A stretch of DNA of 63,952 nucleotides, counting the filler, from Bipalium vagum (Eukaryota), in the NCBI GenBank assembly GCA_037834085.1. It is 3 parts of 3 records of this genome, joined end to end, with 100 filler letters (N's around TTAATTAATTAA, not from the genome) between each part and the next. Parts side by side here need not be neighbours in the genome. Positions count along the whole stretch, not along the records: positions 1 to 30,634 come from JBBMKC010268416.1; 2 more parts are not named here. One strand, given 5' to 3'. Under the pieces are notes generated by a model, which was given only the letters and a program-made list of their open reading frames with translations, was not told the DNA's origin and made no database searches. This document shows positions 1-13,900 of the stretch, piece by piece. A program made the position numbers and the translations under genes. Numbering within the stretch: position 1 is the stretch's first letter; each line of letters starts with the position of its first letter.

Positions 1-1029
1 TCCTCAATTGTAAACAATCGCCCCTTCGTCCTACTTGACGTGAAGGTAGCCAAAAAATATATAATTAGGAGCAAAAAAATGATTTTGATATTGGTATCAC
101 AACTGGGGAGTTAGAGTTGATTAGTTAGTTATAATCAAGGATCATTGTTAATTTGTGCCGCTCCGTGTTTGGACATCTGTGCCTGGGAGTCTCCACATTA
201 TTTTAAAATATTGTTTTTGTCAATTATAAAAATATAATTATTAATTTTTTATAAAATTTTTGTAAAAAAGATGTTTGAAATTATTACATAAGAATGAAAG
301 CGTACATTAAAATGAAACAGAACAATTCAATAAATTCATATTTTCAAGGACAAAATAATTGCTCATTTAAGCAGCAACATTAAACTGTGAATTTTACATT
401 TCCAATTCTCAGAATTCCGCCAATCATGTATTGTTTTATTAAGAGGACGCGAGTCTCCGTTATCTTGATAATAAATGATAATAATAATAAAAATGATCAT
501 GTCCACATTTTAAATTTATAAATGAACACGAGCTACATCTGTTATTTTTTTTATCACTATTGAGTTTTATGCCATGTGTTATTTGAGTGATTTTTACCTA
601 AGAGTGATTACATTTTTTATTCATTACAAATATTGTTTTTGGGTTCCACAACCAGAATTTTAAATGTGATGTTTATTTTGATTACGAGATATATTAAAAT
701 AGTAGTGAATAACGTTAATAATCTTGGAGAGTACATATCAATTTTTTCTGAGTTTTCTAATTCAGCCCATCTTTTAACATTTGCCACAATCAGGAACTTT
801 GCAAAAACACTGAAAAAATTTGAGGGAAATAAATTTACTTAAAGAAATTTTACGTAACCATTATTACAAGCCACAAAAATTGATATTTGATAAAATATTT
901 AACAAACCCGAAATTTTTTTATAATACAATCCATAATTGTCTATTTACGCCAGCTCAAACAAACTGGAATTGAAGTGATAGATGATATTGAATTAAACAG
1001 GGGTTAAAATTGGAAATGACAATTAACCA

Positions 1030-1560
1030 ATTACCGATTCTTGCTTCTTAACGTTTGCTTATTAAAGATTTTTTCAATATTAGGGAAAAAATATCATCAC
1101 TCGTAAGACTATCTAAACTTTCAAGTATGATTTTAATTCATGAAAATAATTTAATGGTTCTTCAAGACTTAATTTTGTAAAACTTCATTATTATCTTCAT
1201 TAGCTTCTACTTCTTCAACTATGTCATTATTGTGCATGGCTGTAACTTCTTTATCCAATAAACTTAAATCTGGATCACAAAAATGGTCTTGGGATTTCAA
1301 ATGCGATTCAAGAATTTCTTCTTGATTAATTGGATAAATAATTTCTAATCTTTTTATTAATTCACCAGGGTTATTACTTTCCCGAGTTTCTATTGTTGAA
1401 ATAAGAAGGTTGGATTTTACAAATCATATTTTCTCCCAACCATTTGTAATTGTTTATTGGGAAATATCTTTCCACCAATGTGCTATGTAAATAAAAAAGC
1501 TATTTCTTTAAACAATGATTCTGCGTGGTTTAAAAAAGAATTAAAAATCTCATGTGATAA
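1030..1560 (-). mobile_element. pogo/Tigger-like DDE transposase C-terminal relic in an RB1CC1 intron or upstream region
   Basis: Minus strand reads AHWWKDISQ*TITN..WEK..FVK, resembling the pogo 'AW..V...TI.NCW.K.GF' motif. It is followed by an acidic stretch (about 1170-1420 open frame). Stops and frameshifts are present. Confidence 0.5.
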
Positions 1561-1989
1561 TTTGTTTGTAAACTTAGATTTGTGTTGTCAAAATAAATAA
1601 TTACCCGTGAAAATCAATAATAAATAATTATAATTGAAATTGGATTAGAAATATATTGACAAAAGTGATGTAATATTTAATTGTGAGCATCAAAGAGCAT
1701 ATCGAAATATAATTAATGAAGATGCAAAAGTATTCTTCCATAAAATTTCATTAAAAAGCAAATTTAGAGCAATTAAAATTAAAATATAATTTGGAAAACA
1801 TTATTGATCTAAATTAATTATTAATTTTTTGTTATTTTATAAAAAAGAATTCCCACTAAATCCAAAATGATATATCTGAGGAAATCATTTTTAAAAAATT
1901 GCAAATTAAACATTACCATCAAAGTACGGATAACTGTTATAAATTGATTATTTTTCTATCTCATATTATCATGTAAATTTAATATTTAG

Positions 1990-4900
1990 CTTCCTGTTAA
2001 CTTGCTTCAATGGGTACTATCACAAGATAGTCGAACTCGACCTCAGGTAACTGTACAGTCATTCATTTTTGAGGCCAACGAGGCGTACAATAATTTATTA
2101 GGCATATCAGAAGAGAAAAAACCATGTTTGACAAACATAAAAGAAGAATGGGGTAACATGGGTCTCATAGCAAATGCATATAGGTATGATTTATAAATCG
2201 GATGGATTTTATAAGTTTTGATCAGAAACATTGAGATAGGAAAACTGTTATTGGAGCAAGGGAAGCCAAACCAAACTGTGATTGAAGAAGATATAGAGGA
2301 ATTTGAAAGAGTAACGGAGAAAGAAACTCATACCAGTACTAAAGAGTTTTTGAAGCGTCTAGATTATTTATCCGGAGTTCGTGAACAAAGTGAAAAGTTG
2401 GTGAGTCTAATGCAGACTCACAAGGACTATATGGATCACACAGTTCAGTAAGTCAATTGGATAAAGACTAGCTCGAATTAAATGATATGTAGGCAGTGTA
2501 AAGACTCCGGCAGTCTGACTGCGTTAGTTGATCACTGTGCCAATAGTAGAATTACTTTGGATAATGTGGGCAAGCAGTACGGGCAGTTGAGAGAGTTTCT
2601 TTACAAGGTCGAGCGGAGCAAACAGGATTTAGCGAACAATATCGATTGCAGGAAGATGTAAATTTAGATGTTTGGGAATTTAGTTGGTTAATTTTACCAT
2701 GCAGATGGTTACAGAAATTCCAAACCAAGATTTGCGAAATCGATGAATCAATGTTTCTTGTGAAGGAGAAAATGAAACGTGTTAGAACTGGGTTACGAGT
2801 TCTGGATCAAATGGACACAGCCCCACTGATGTATGCTAGAGGAGTTGTGGAGATAGCTCGTCGACATCATTATCTCGACTTTTGGTTCGATTGGGGTATT
2901 CGGTGCTCCAATTATTCCGAAGAAGTAAGAAACACAGATCAAAAGATTCGGAGGTTATGGGAGAAGGATTTTGGTAAAGTTTTCAATTATCGTTGTAATT
3001 CTTATTGATTCATTCATGGATTTTCAGAAAATCACTTTGTGCAGAGTCTCTTCAGTTCCCTATATTCGTTTTCGTTGCCAAAGGTGAGTTTTGGAAAGTT
3101 TTTACTCTTTTAATCATACTATTGAATTAGAAACCAGTTGATCTAAGATAAACAATAAATCAAATAAAAAATGGTCTTATGTTAGAAAATTTTCTATTTA
3201 AATTATTTTTTTGATATCTTGTGCTTAACGACGAGTGGAGTCCTGGAACATTCGGTGAATCAATATCCACTGAACATTGAGATATTTTAAAATGTTTTTA
3301 TAAGTCTACCAAACATTTAACTTTCTATGATTAAGTGGATTTAGTTTTCCTTATTTTTTTATNNNNNNNNNNNNNNNNNNNNNNNNNNNNNNNNNNNNNN
3401 NNNNNNNNNNNNNNNNNNNNNNNNNNNNNNNNNNNNNNNNNNNNNNNNNNNNNNNNNNNNNNNNNNNNNNNNNNNNNNNNNNNNNNNNNNNNNNACCTTA
3501 ATAATTTTAAAATTTATAATTAAAAATGAAATAATGTAAATTATAATCATATTAAAAAAAGTTTAAAATTTATTTTATATTTGAAATTAATAAAAATATA
3601 TGTTAAAATTTAAATATAATAAAAATGTTAATTTATTGATTTTATAAATTAAATCAATAAAATTTAAAAATAAAGAATTGAAAATTTCATGGCTTAATAA
3701 TTAAATATTTTTGAATTCTAAATTTTGGTGTTGGAATAAATATGTAAAACCGAATCCTCTTAATAATATTATTTGTCTAAAATTAATTTTTAATCTCTTA
3801 TTTATTTGTATTTATGTATTTCCCGCTTATTGATATATAGGACGTCTCAATGTTTTTTATTGGTTTAAAAGTTTTATAACTAAATAATATCTTCAATTTT
3901 CTTGTTTAGAGGAATTTTTAAAAATTTTATTTTATTCAAGCTAATTAAATTAGAATTTAAAATTTTCAATTTATGAAAAATGATGACATTGATAAAGATC
4001 AAATTAGAGGGGAAATTAAAATTTATCATACATTTTTAATAGAAACATTTTTCATCCATCCTGTTCTTTTGACTGCTTTATATAACTCTGTATATTGTAA
4101 AATGAACATTATACAACCAGATCAATGAGTAAAAAATTAAGTGTGACTTATCTGCGATAAGCTTTTGATTTTGTTTCCAATTAAACAGCAAATACAATTA
4201 AATATTGAAGGAATTCGAACCATTGTTACAATTGAGCTCATTTTTGTCTAGCAGATATTGAAGATGAGGATACGATCTCATATTCAAGTGTAATATGGAT
4301 CATTGATAATAGTCTAAAAATGAGAAAAATAATAATAGAATAAATTCGAGATTTGGCAGCGAATTTGTGACGAATTTAGAGTCGATAAGAAGTTAATTTA
4401 CCATGGAAAAGCTTTCAACAAATAATCAAACTGTGTATGGAAATGCAAAATATCACAAGCTGTGGTAAAATGTGATGAACTGAGTTTAATATAATGATTT
4501 TTGTTCTTCAATGTAGGTATTGGACAATGGAAAATTATAGATAATATAGAGTGACATAAATTTTTTTTCTTATCAGTTAAAAATGTTTAAATTTAATTTT
4601 CAAAGTTTCTTGATCCCAAGGTCTTAGCAGCTATTATGCTAATTTTCGTTCATTTAAAATGACATTTGTTTCAATAATTCAAATATTTTGTTGAAAAAGG
4701 TTTATTCTCGCACCCATTTAAAACTAAATTTATTAAATAATTAGAATATTAAATGTGTAATTTTAATTAGGTTAGTACATTAAGTATATATAATGTTTAT
4801 AAATATAAATATAATTATTCAATTACATAAGAAAATGTCAATAACTAACAGGATGATAGAAAATGAGAGAGGCATGGTTGAAGCCTACAAATATATATGT

Positions 4901-7900
4901 AAATCCTTCACATGGACAAGGCATAAATACGAAAAGGATGAGGGTTTATCTGATGTTTTTTCAGGAATATAGGACGGGGGAATAGAAGAGGTTTGGACAG
5001 AAGCAAAAGATCTCTGAGGTAACAAAAAGTTTACTTATCTGATAAACAAATAATAAAGCAATCATTCTTGAACATATGAAAAACGATTTTGGTGTATATG
5101 TTTCAAAAGAAGTGTTCTAAAGTAGTGTTCTAAGACCACCAGATTTCAAATGAGCAAAAATGAAAGTAAAACTGCAACTGAAGCTGCAACACAAATAAAA
5201 CTCGACTAATTTGTGCTAAGGATAAAATGGATTGGGACGATCAATGGAATAATTTAGCAAACATGATTTTTATCTGCGTCTATGTTCCATTTCACAAAAA
5301 TGAATCAGCTCACTAATTAATTATTAATAATGGACATCAACTAATATTTCTACCTTCATACAGTCCACAATTGAATCCCTTCGAGGAATTATTTAGTGCT
5401 TGGAAGGTAAGAATAAGATCTGTGAATATTACAAGTCATGAAGAATTAATTGCTTTGTTTACAGATTCAAAATTTATAACAAGTGGTCATTGTGTTCATT
5501 ATTTTAATCTGATAAAACCTCTAACAAGAGAAGATTTTTAATATGTACTGATGTATTTAGTATTTACGTGTTAAATCAAATTATCTATCTTTAATTTTTT
5601 TATATTAATAATAATTTATAAAATATTTTGAAATAAAGTACAAAGTATTTTGAAAAATCCTTTATGTACTCTAAACTTATGAATTTTTAGCAGATGATAT
5701 CTTGTCGTATTTGTAGGAGGGGAAATAAATTTTTGTTGCACTGCATATAACATGCTCAATTTTGTTAGGAGTCTTGTGCAAAAAAACGTTAAAGCTGTTC
5801 AATCTTCAGAATATAATAAAATGAAAAATCTTCTGGATATTTTGTGACTCCTTTTTTATTCATACGTTAAAAGATACCTTAAACATAATAATTTACCTCA
5901 CCAACAACCATCATACTTTCCTGAGACTCAGCTCCATGTGAATTTTGTTATTTTAGCAAATCAAAAATAGTCCTAGTCTCGAAACTTGGGATTGAAGTTA
6001 AAATATTTAAAATAAAAATCAGTTTTTCAACTAAAAATATATCTAACACAATCTGAAGGTACAATTTTCAACGAGGATGAAAATTGAAAAATTGAAAATA
6101 AAAGTAAAAAAAGGTTGATAATATATTTTAAATTTTCCAGCTTGGCACTCCTTTACTTCAAACAGTTCGACCATCATTACCGAAGATAACAGAAGAAGAC
6201 TTAAATGAACTTGCGCAATATTTACCACATTTGAGTTCCTTGTTAAAGATCGATAAGATTGATGAAAATCCACCAAACATTAATTCTCTGTGTGGTGGAC
6301 TGTTAAATGAAGAGAATAATCAACCTTTGGCACCGATTCCAACGAAGTGAGTGGACTATCGATTTTTTAAAAAAATAATAATGTTTTATATAGTATTTCT
6401 AAAATTTATTTCAGTCTATCACACTTCTCCAAATTTTATTAAAATATTAATTAATATTCATCACTACCCTACGCGATCTTAACATCACTGAATTGCGTAT
6501 ATTTTCTTATAGGTACGTTAAGCATTTTATCCATTCTGAAATTATCAACAATTGTATAAATTTCTTTTTAGTTTTGTATTAAGAATAATTTTTTAACTTT
6601 ACATTTTTATGTATAATTTAATGCAAATTTTTAAAAATTGAGTCAAACTTAAGTGCAAACCTAATGAAATTAAAGTCACATCAACTAAAGTTAATTATTT
6701 GAATTAATCAAAAAATTTTAACGGAAATTATTTTATTTTATTTTTCATTGTAAGCTTACAAATGAAAAAAAATTGCATTTATTTTGCTAAGATTATTGTT
6801 CAATGTCGTAATGAAATTTGTAGGCAATTATTGTAATATTGATTAAGTATAGCATTGGTAAATAATGAATATTATATCAATTTGACATTTTTCTTTGGGA
6901 ATATTAAATAATGATGTTAAATTTTGATTACTTTCTATTTTACATTAAATTTAAAGGCTGAAATTATGAAAAGATAGACAAAAAATTTATTAATTTTTGT
7001 ATGATTAAAAATTTCTGTGCATTTGTTATTTTCTGTTTGAAATATAATTGATTGAATAAAAATTGTTGATTTTTCTTTCAACCTCATAATTCCGTTCTTA
7101 CTGTGTCTTATCTTAACAAGAGTCTGGTTTATCTTTTAATAAAAGATTTTAATTTTGCTTTTATCAGTTTAAAATTAAGCCTAAAAGCAAAATTTTATTT
7201 TGCATCTGCAAAAATTTTTTCAAAGTTGAATACAAGGGTACCATATGTTCATAATGAAACCTGTCTTACCATGTAAAATGGGCATCTGTGACATTTTTAT
7301 TAAAATTCAAAAAATCCTACAAACTGAAGTCGTATATTAAGTTCTTTTACCAATTTTTTTCATTATAGAATAAATTTCATTAATAATTGAGAAGTTCAAT
7401 TTTTATTTTATTTTCCTCTTTTGTGAAGCTACTTCTTTATCTGTGAGATTATTACTAATCTTGCTGATAAATTTATAGATTTTTTGTAAATTAAGATCTG
7501 ATTCTTGTGCTATTAATTTCATTGACTAGTTCTTTTCAAAGACTTTTCTTACTCTTTCTATGATACCAAAGTTTATGATATCTACAGTGTAGTGCATAAT
7601 TATAAGACCACCTACATAAACTTTTGGCGGGGACTGTATATCTCTCGTATGAGTTATCTTGCTGAAAAATCTATTCTTGACTACCAATATTACCAAAGTC
7701 CAAAAGACGATTTTTTAAAACATTTTGATAGCCTTTCACGTTTAGCTAATTCTCAACTAAGAAAATCTCGTCCTGACCATTCCACACAAAAGTGGCTCAT
7801 ATCATAACACTGCCACCAGCTTCAACACGAGTAGTAGAGAGCAATTCCTCTTTTCATAAATCGTGTCAGTAATGTGAGAGGGCATCTGTTTTTATTAAAA

Positions 7901-10900
7901 CCCATAAAAAATGAAAACCTGATGATTTATTAATTAATTTGGCCTGAAAATCAGATTTTTGAAAGCAACAAGATAAATAATAAAATCTTTTGGAATTTAA
8001 ACCTATTTATCTTAATAATCAATAATATATTATTATTATTATTATTTATAATTATACGCCTTGCTTAGAAATAATTTTGCATTTAACATTCTTATCGAAC
8101 GTATCTTTTATATTGTTCTTCATTGAATTATATGACAGAATTAATTTCAGAGTTTATTACAATAAAAAATGAGTTTTTTCTAAATTTTGAATTTTAAAAT
8201 TATAAATACAATTAACATTTATAAATTTTAGGAATGAAAAATGTAATTTTTTTCATTGATCCTATTTTATCTGAATTTATTAATTCTTAATTTTTTCACT
8301 TGAAAAATAGAAAATGGAATGGAACAATTCTAAAATTGTAATTAACTACATCAGCTTAAAGTGTCACTATCATTTGGCTGTCATTTCCACCATTTAATTC
8401 TATAGGATTTTAAACATTGGAATAGCTAAGATTCTGCGATTGATAAGATAAACTCTCTTACTTGTCAAAACCATCTTAGGGACATTTAACCTCAATTATA
8501 GTATTCGCATTTTACGAAATATTAATGTTTTATAATTTATATGATTTTATAATGAAATCTTTTAAATTTTATTAACATTAATTTAGATTTATCAGATTAA
8601 AAAAGTAATTATGTGAGAAATCAATTAAGAGTTAAATTTATGTTTAATTAGTGTTTTTTTTCTATTCTATGGTATAAAAATAATTTTTTTTAAAAATGCC
8701 TAACATCATTTTTCATTTGATATAGATTTTTTGGATATTTATTAAGAGAAGATAAAAAATATATTTTTTTAAAATTTGTAGTAAATTGTAATTAATTTTA
8801 TTGTTTGTAAATTAAGATTTCCGTAAATAGATTAATTGTCTAATAAGAATTTCGTATCGCAATAGTGTTTTTCAAATAAACAATAATTTTAATTTAAATA
8901 ATGTGACTAAACCATGAAATATTGGAAAAATATATTCAATGCTGAATTAATTTTTTTTCCATAATTTGAAGTCTTTAAATTTCTCTTATTTTATGTATAA
9001 AATTTTTTTAAAACGTGACATAAATCGATTATTAAATTATAAAATGAGTATGTAAAAATAAGAAAATTTTAAGAATTATCGATTTCTCAACAAAAAAGTC
9101 AATTTATCGACAATTAGTAGATAATAGACCCGTCTCAGCATTAATACCGATCATACGATCGATCTGCAGAAAGGGCTCTGTAGTTATGAGTGACGAATGG
9201 AAAGATTATTCAAAATTGTCTAAACAAAATGATTATAACTGTGAATCATAAATATATTTTCGTCAATCCAGACAACGATGAAATACTACTCAAAGAATTG
9301 AGAATCTATAATATAATAATATATATAATCCTCCATATAAATAAAATATCCAGAATGTAAGGTATTTATGGCACTCTATTGGAATCCTATGTGTGGGAAT
9401 GGGTGTGATGCGAAAAGTCCAAACACAAAGTGCAAGGAATTATTGAATTACTTTAAAAAATTGTATTTTAAAATAGTTCTTTTTTTATGAGATGAAAAAT
9501 AGATGATTTTGTTAGAGGAAAATAAAAAAATTGAATTGAGTTAAAAATATTCCAATATAACTGCATCAAATACATAGAAAAACCTTCTTTTGATGTAATC
9601 CATCTATTACTGTTGAAATCTGGATTTCACCTGAAGAGAACCACTGTCTCTTCCCTTTATTGATCTTATACAGTACCCATTTTTCATCGCCAGTGACAAT
9701 TCTAAATAGAAATGGGTCATTTTCAAATTCTGATTGGTATCATTGGTATAATAAACGATATAGTATGAAAAAGAAGGAAATCTTTCTGCATATTATAAAA
9801 CTTAACTATTTTTTTACCGAGTTGAGTTGTCAAAATAGTGATAATTTTATTCCAATTAAAATATCCAATATCTTAACAAATATTTAGCGTGCTTTTGGTT
9901 CAATGTAGTTCAAGTCTAACTGAAGAAAAGTTTTAGTCTGCTGAAATCAATCTAAATTTTCTCTTAACTATATTAAGCATGTTTTCATTTTTGTAAATGT
10001 CTTGGAAACATTTAACAGCGAATTGAATAATGGCTAAAATTATATTGTATAACATAAAATTAAATGAAAACTGTAATAGTAACGATAAAAAAGTCAGGAT
10101 TGTAAATGAATAAATCAGTATAATATATTAAATAATAGTTAATGGTCAATAATAATTGAATTACATTTGGTGCCTAAAATAATTAAAATATTCCCTAATG
10201 TGTTTGAATAGCAAAATTACAAAACTGATATAAAAATAGGCATCAAATTAAATCTAGGATTTTTTTTAAGCTTAGGAATTCACGATAACTATTCAAATAA
10301 TAAAGGATTAACTATTAGGCTGGTGCAAAAATAATGAGTGTTTTTTTGGCAAGTCATTAATTTCAATAAATTTTTTGTTTGAATATTCAATATATTTTGA
10401 TAAATTTATTTGCCAGACCTCTCGCCAACAGATTTCCATTTCTTTAAGTCTCTGGATGATTTCTTGGTGAATAGGTGCTTCGAAACCACAGCCGATGCTG
10501 AAATGTCCTTTGATGTGTTTGTTGCCTCCAGGAACAAAGACTTTTATTCCACAGGCATAAATAAACTCATCCATTGAGTTATGGCGTTTTTATTTTTATA
10601 GCTGTAAAACGACATTATTTTTGCACCAACCTAATATATAAAAAGCGCTATTAATTATAAATAAACATTTTACTGAATTGTGTATATTGATTTATTATTA
10701 TTACTTGAATTTTAAAACTGTTGCTTTTGATCATAAATTTTCTTCTATTTTCTTAGATTTTCTTATTGCGTTTTCTTGATAACTTTGATAAATTTATAAA
10801 CTATTTATCATAAAAGGTTATTTATTTTTTATAATTTCAGAATTAAAATCAGTCCTTTTTTATTATTCTTTATAAACATGTTGTAGATTTTAAAAATTAT

Positions 10901-13900
10901 AATTTGTAATTTTTTTATCCTTAAATCAGAAAAATGATTTCTCGTCAGAAAGAGTTTGACGCAAAAGTATTTATTTAAAAATTATCCTTCTATAATTTCC
11001 TGGTTAAAGTTGATTTGATCGAGATTCATTGTTATTGCTTGTGAAAAACGGCTGAGATTTTTATTGTAAAAATCTTTAATAAGAAAGAAACCCTACTTCA
11101 ACAATCTTTTCTGTTCAACCTAATGAAATGCTTAGTGACATGAATGTAAAGTGATTTATTTATAGATTTTCTGTGGTCGAATTGAGAAAAAATCGCATTT
11201 CAATAATCTTTAATATATTCAAGTCATTTTTTTAGTAAATGATGGCTTGAAAAAATCAACTTAGGGGTTTCTTTATTATTCTAGACATTGTCTATAGCTT
11301 TAGGATAGTTGGAATTAACAATAATCTATACTCATCTACACCTTCGTAATTATTGAGATTAACTTTAAACATTGATCTATATATAAGGGGCATATGTCTA
11401 AGAATAAATGAAGATTGTCAAAAAGAGTTTAAAGCAAACCAATTATCGGATCACACTGTGAGTTTTGAAAAAAGGAAATATGCAAATGAATTTTCTGTAA
11501 TACTTAATTTCGATGATGAAGAAAGAAAACCAATGGTAATCTGAAGAATAATATAATAATCTTTAATGGGATCAGTTGATATGAATAATTTTGGATTTTT
11601 TCCAATTTTAAAATTTTGCTAATAGTTACTTAAAACCACGTTCTTCTTAAATAATACTTTATTCTTTGGATATATTGATGAGCTTTGTTTTTGAAAGATT
11701 CAGTGTTGATCAAGTGTTCATAAGATGAGTTTATTTTTTGAATAAGCTGAAGAAATCAATAAGCGAGAAAAACAAGTTCTATTTTCAGTAAGTTTCAAGT
11801 TTAATTAGTAAGAATAATTTACTGCACCACATTAAACCAGGGTTTGCAATTTTTAAGAGTTACAGATCCAGTATGTTGTAAGAAATAAGGCTTAATATTA
11901 TTATTATTATTAAAATATATTTTAATTTAAGAACTCCAACAGACAAAGATTTTGACGGTGTCGCTCTATTTCCCATTCCCGATGACACTAATATTGATGA
12001 ATTAGCCTTATCCCAACGAGTTCAGATATTCAGCGAGGCCGCGATCAGTCAAAATTCCACCACCAATTCAAGTAGCAAAATGGTGAAATCCATTGATTCG
12101 ATGGGTATTTGGAATTTTTCTGTCTGGTCAAGTAAAATCCTTTTTTCCGATTAGAGTTTCAGCTCACAAACGATGCTACAACAGAAACCAGGAAAGACGT
12201 TGTTTGTGTTTCCGGATCCCTGCTGGAATCGTTAGCTCAAATCATTCAGACATTGAAATCAAAATTAAAGGCTGTCAAGACCGATCACAATCGTTTGATA
12301 CAGGAACAGTGTTCTTCTCATGAACAGGTTAAGAAATTTTTCCCTGTCTCTTTTTGCGAATGTTCATTTGATAAATTTTTTATCGATTTTAAAAATAAAT
12401 ATTTATATTTCAATCGATTTAATAACCATAAAAAAACTATCGATTTTTTTTATTTATCTTTGAGAAATAATTTTTTTTTTCATAAGCAAAAAAGGAGAGT
12501 AGAAAAATTTTACAAATCAAGCGGCATTTCAAGTGCCTGTTGCCAAGAGCCGTTGGCAGACATTTATATCAAATCAATTGCAAATTGAAAACTATTATGA
12601 CCGTAAAGGAAAAAATTGTTTATGAACATTAGAACTTTATTTTTTAAATTTAAACTGAAATTTTTATTGTAAGATGCTTTCGTCATACTATAAGAATTTT
12701 TAATTTTACTACGTTATCATTTAAATAATGTAAATTTTAATGGTACTAAAATTATAATAATTAACAATATCAACAGGTTTAAAGTTTTATTGATTTATTA
12801 TTAAAATTTTTCATTTGCAGAAAAATTAATAATAAAATGTAAATATTTGATTATTGATTTAATACAAGATCCTTATAGTAAAAATAAATAAGATGTAAGA
12901 TTATTATTAATAATTATTTATTACTATTATTTTTAAAAATATGTTTTAAATCCAAAATTCTTATTATTGAAGCCTTTTAGTGATAAAAGATCTGAATTTT
13001 CATGAAAATTCAATTATAAAATGTAAATATTTGATTATTGATGTAACTAAATCCTAAATTATTATAAATTTATATATTATTATTATAAATAAATAAAAAT
13101 TTTTCAGCATTTAATAATAATAAAATAAACTTTGTTTTATTAGATAATTTAGACAATATGAGACCTCGTGTCGTAGAAAAGGAGAATAAAAATTGTAGTA
13201 TAATTATCAAGTCTATATATTAGCGTACATTTTTCATTAAAAGAATTCCACTTTTTAACAAGCTTAATCAACTTTGTAAGTTGAATTAATGTAATTAGTC
13301 TTTCTCGGTAAATTTTCAATTATTGCCGTTTGATAGTTGAGAGAGTTGATTAGTGCTTCTATGAATAATGAGAAACAATTTTTTGCTACGTAGTCAAAGA
13401 AAAGACTCCCAATATTCATAAATTTGTAACCTTTTGACAAGATTTGAGCTTGGTTTTCAATTTTTTAATAGATATTTTAAAAATATTTTTTGGAATTGTT
13501 ATTTTATTGCTAATTTTGTTCTACTGGCTTTTTATTTGTTTATCTAATGTTTATAATTTTAAATTTACAAAACGTTCTAAGTAAAAGGACAAAAAGAACT
13601 GTTTCTTTCAACCAGTATTATGTTTTTTATTAATTTAAACTATAAGATATAATTTTCCTTAAAGAATTTATTTTTAGAATAACTTGTTTAATCTTCAACG
13701 GTCGACGTTTGTTTTACTGTGTTGATTAAAAGATGAATTACAATTGTACCAATTTAACATTTATTATTTTATTGTTAATTTTTATCATGTAATTATAATT
13801 AATTGGAAGTATGAAAGTATTTTTTATGTAGCAGAAGGGAAAATAAATTTTTTGAAGAAAGATTCATTTATCAACAATCGGTGTAGCTTAATTATATAGA

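Noticed and set aside
1330-1390. NNPGELIKRLEII looked like a Polinton protein motif
   Set aside because: It lies in frame downstream of a pogo-type W..IS..TI.N.W.K motif, so a pogo C-terminus explains it better.
1478-1930. Possible 5' exons of RB1CC1
   Set aside because: Phases are inconsistent, there is no clear FIP200 similarity, and part overlaps the pogo relic.
3215-3290. LNDEWSP resembles the E2 ubiquitin-conjugating 'L...WSP' motif
   Set aside because: Only seven residues, no catalytic Cys context and no splice sites; probably chance or TE debris.
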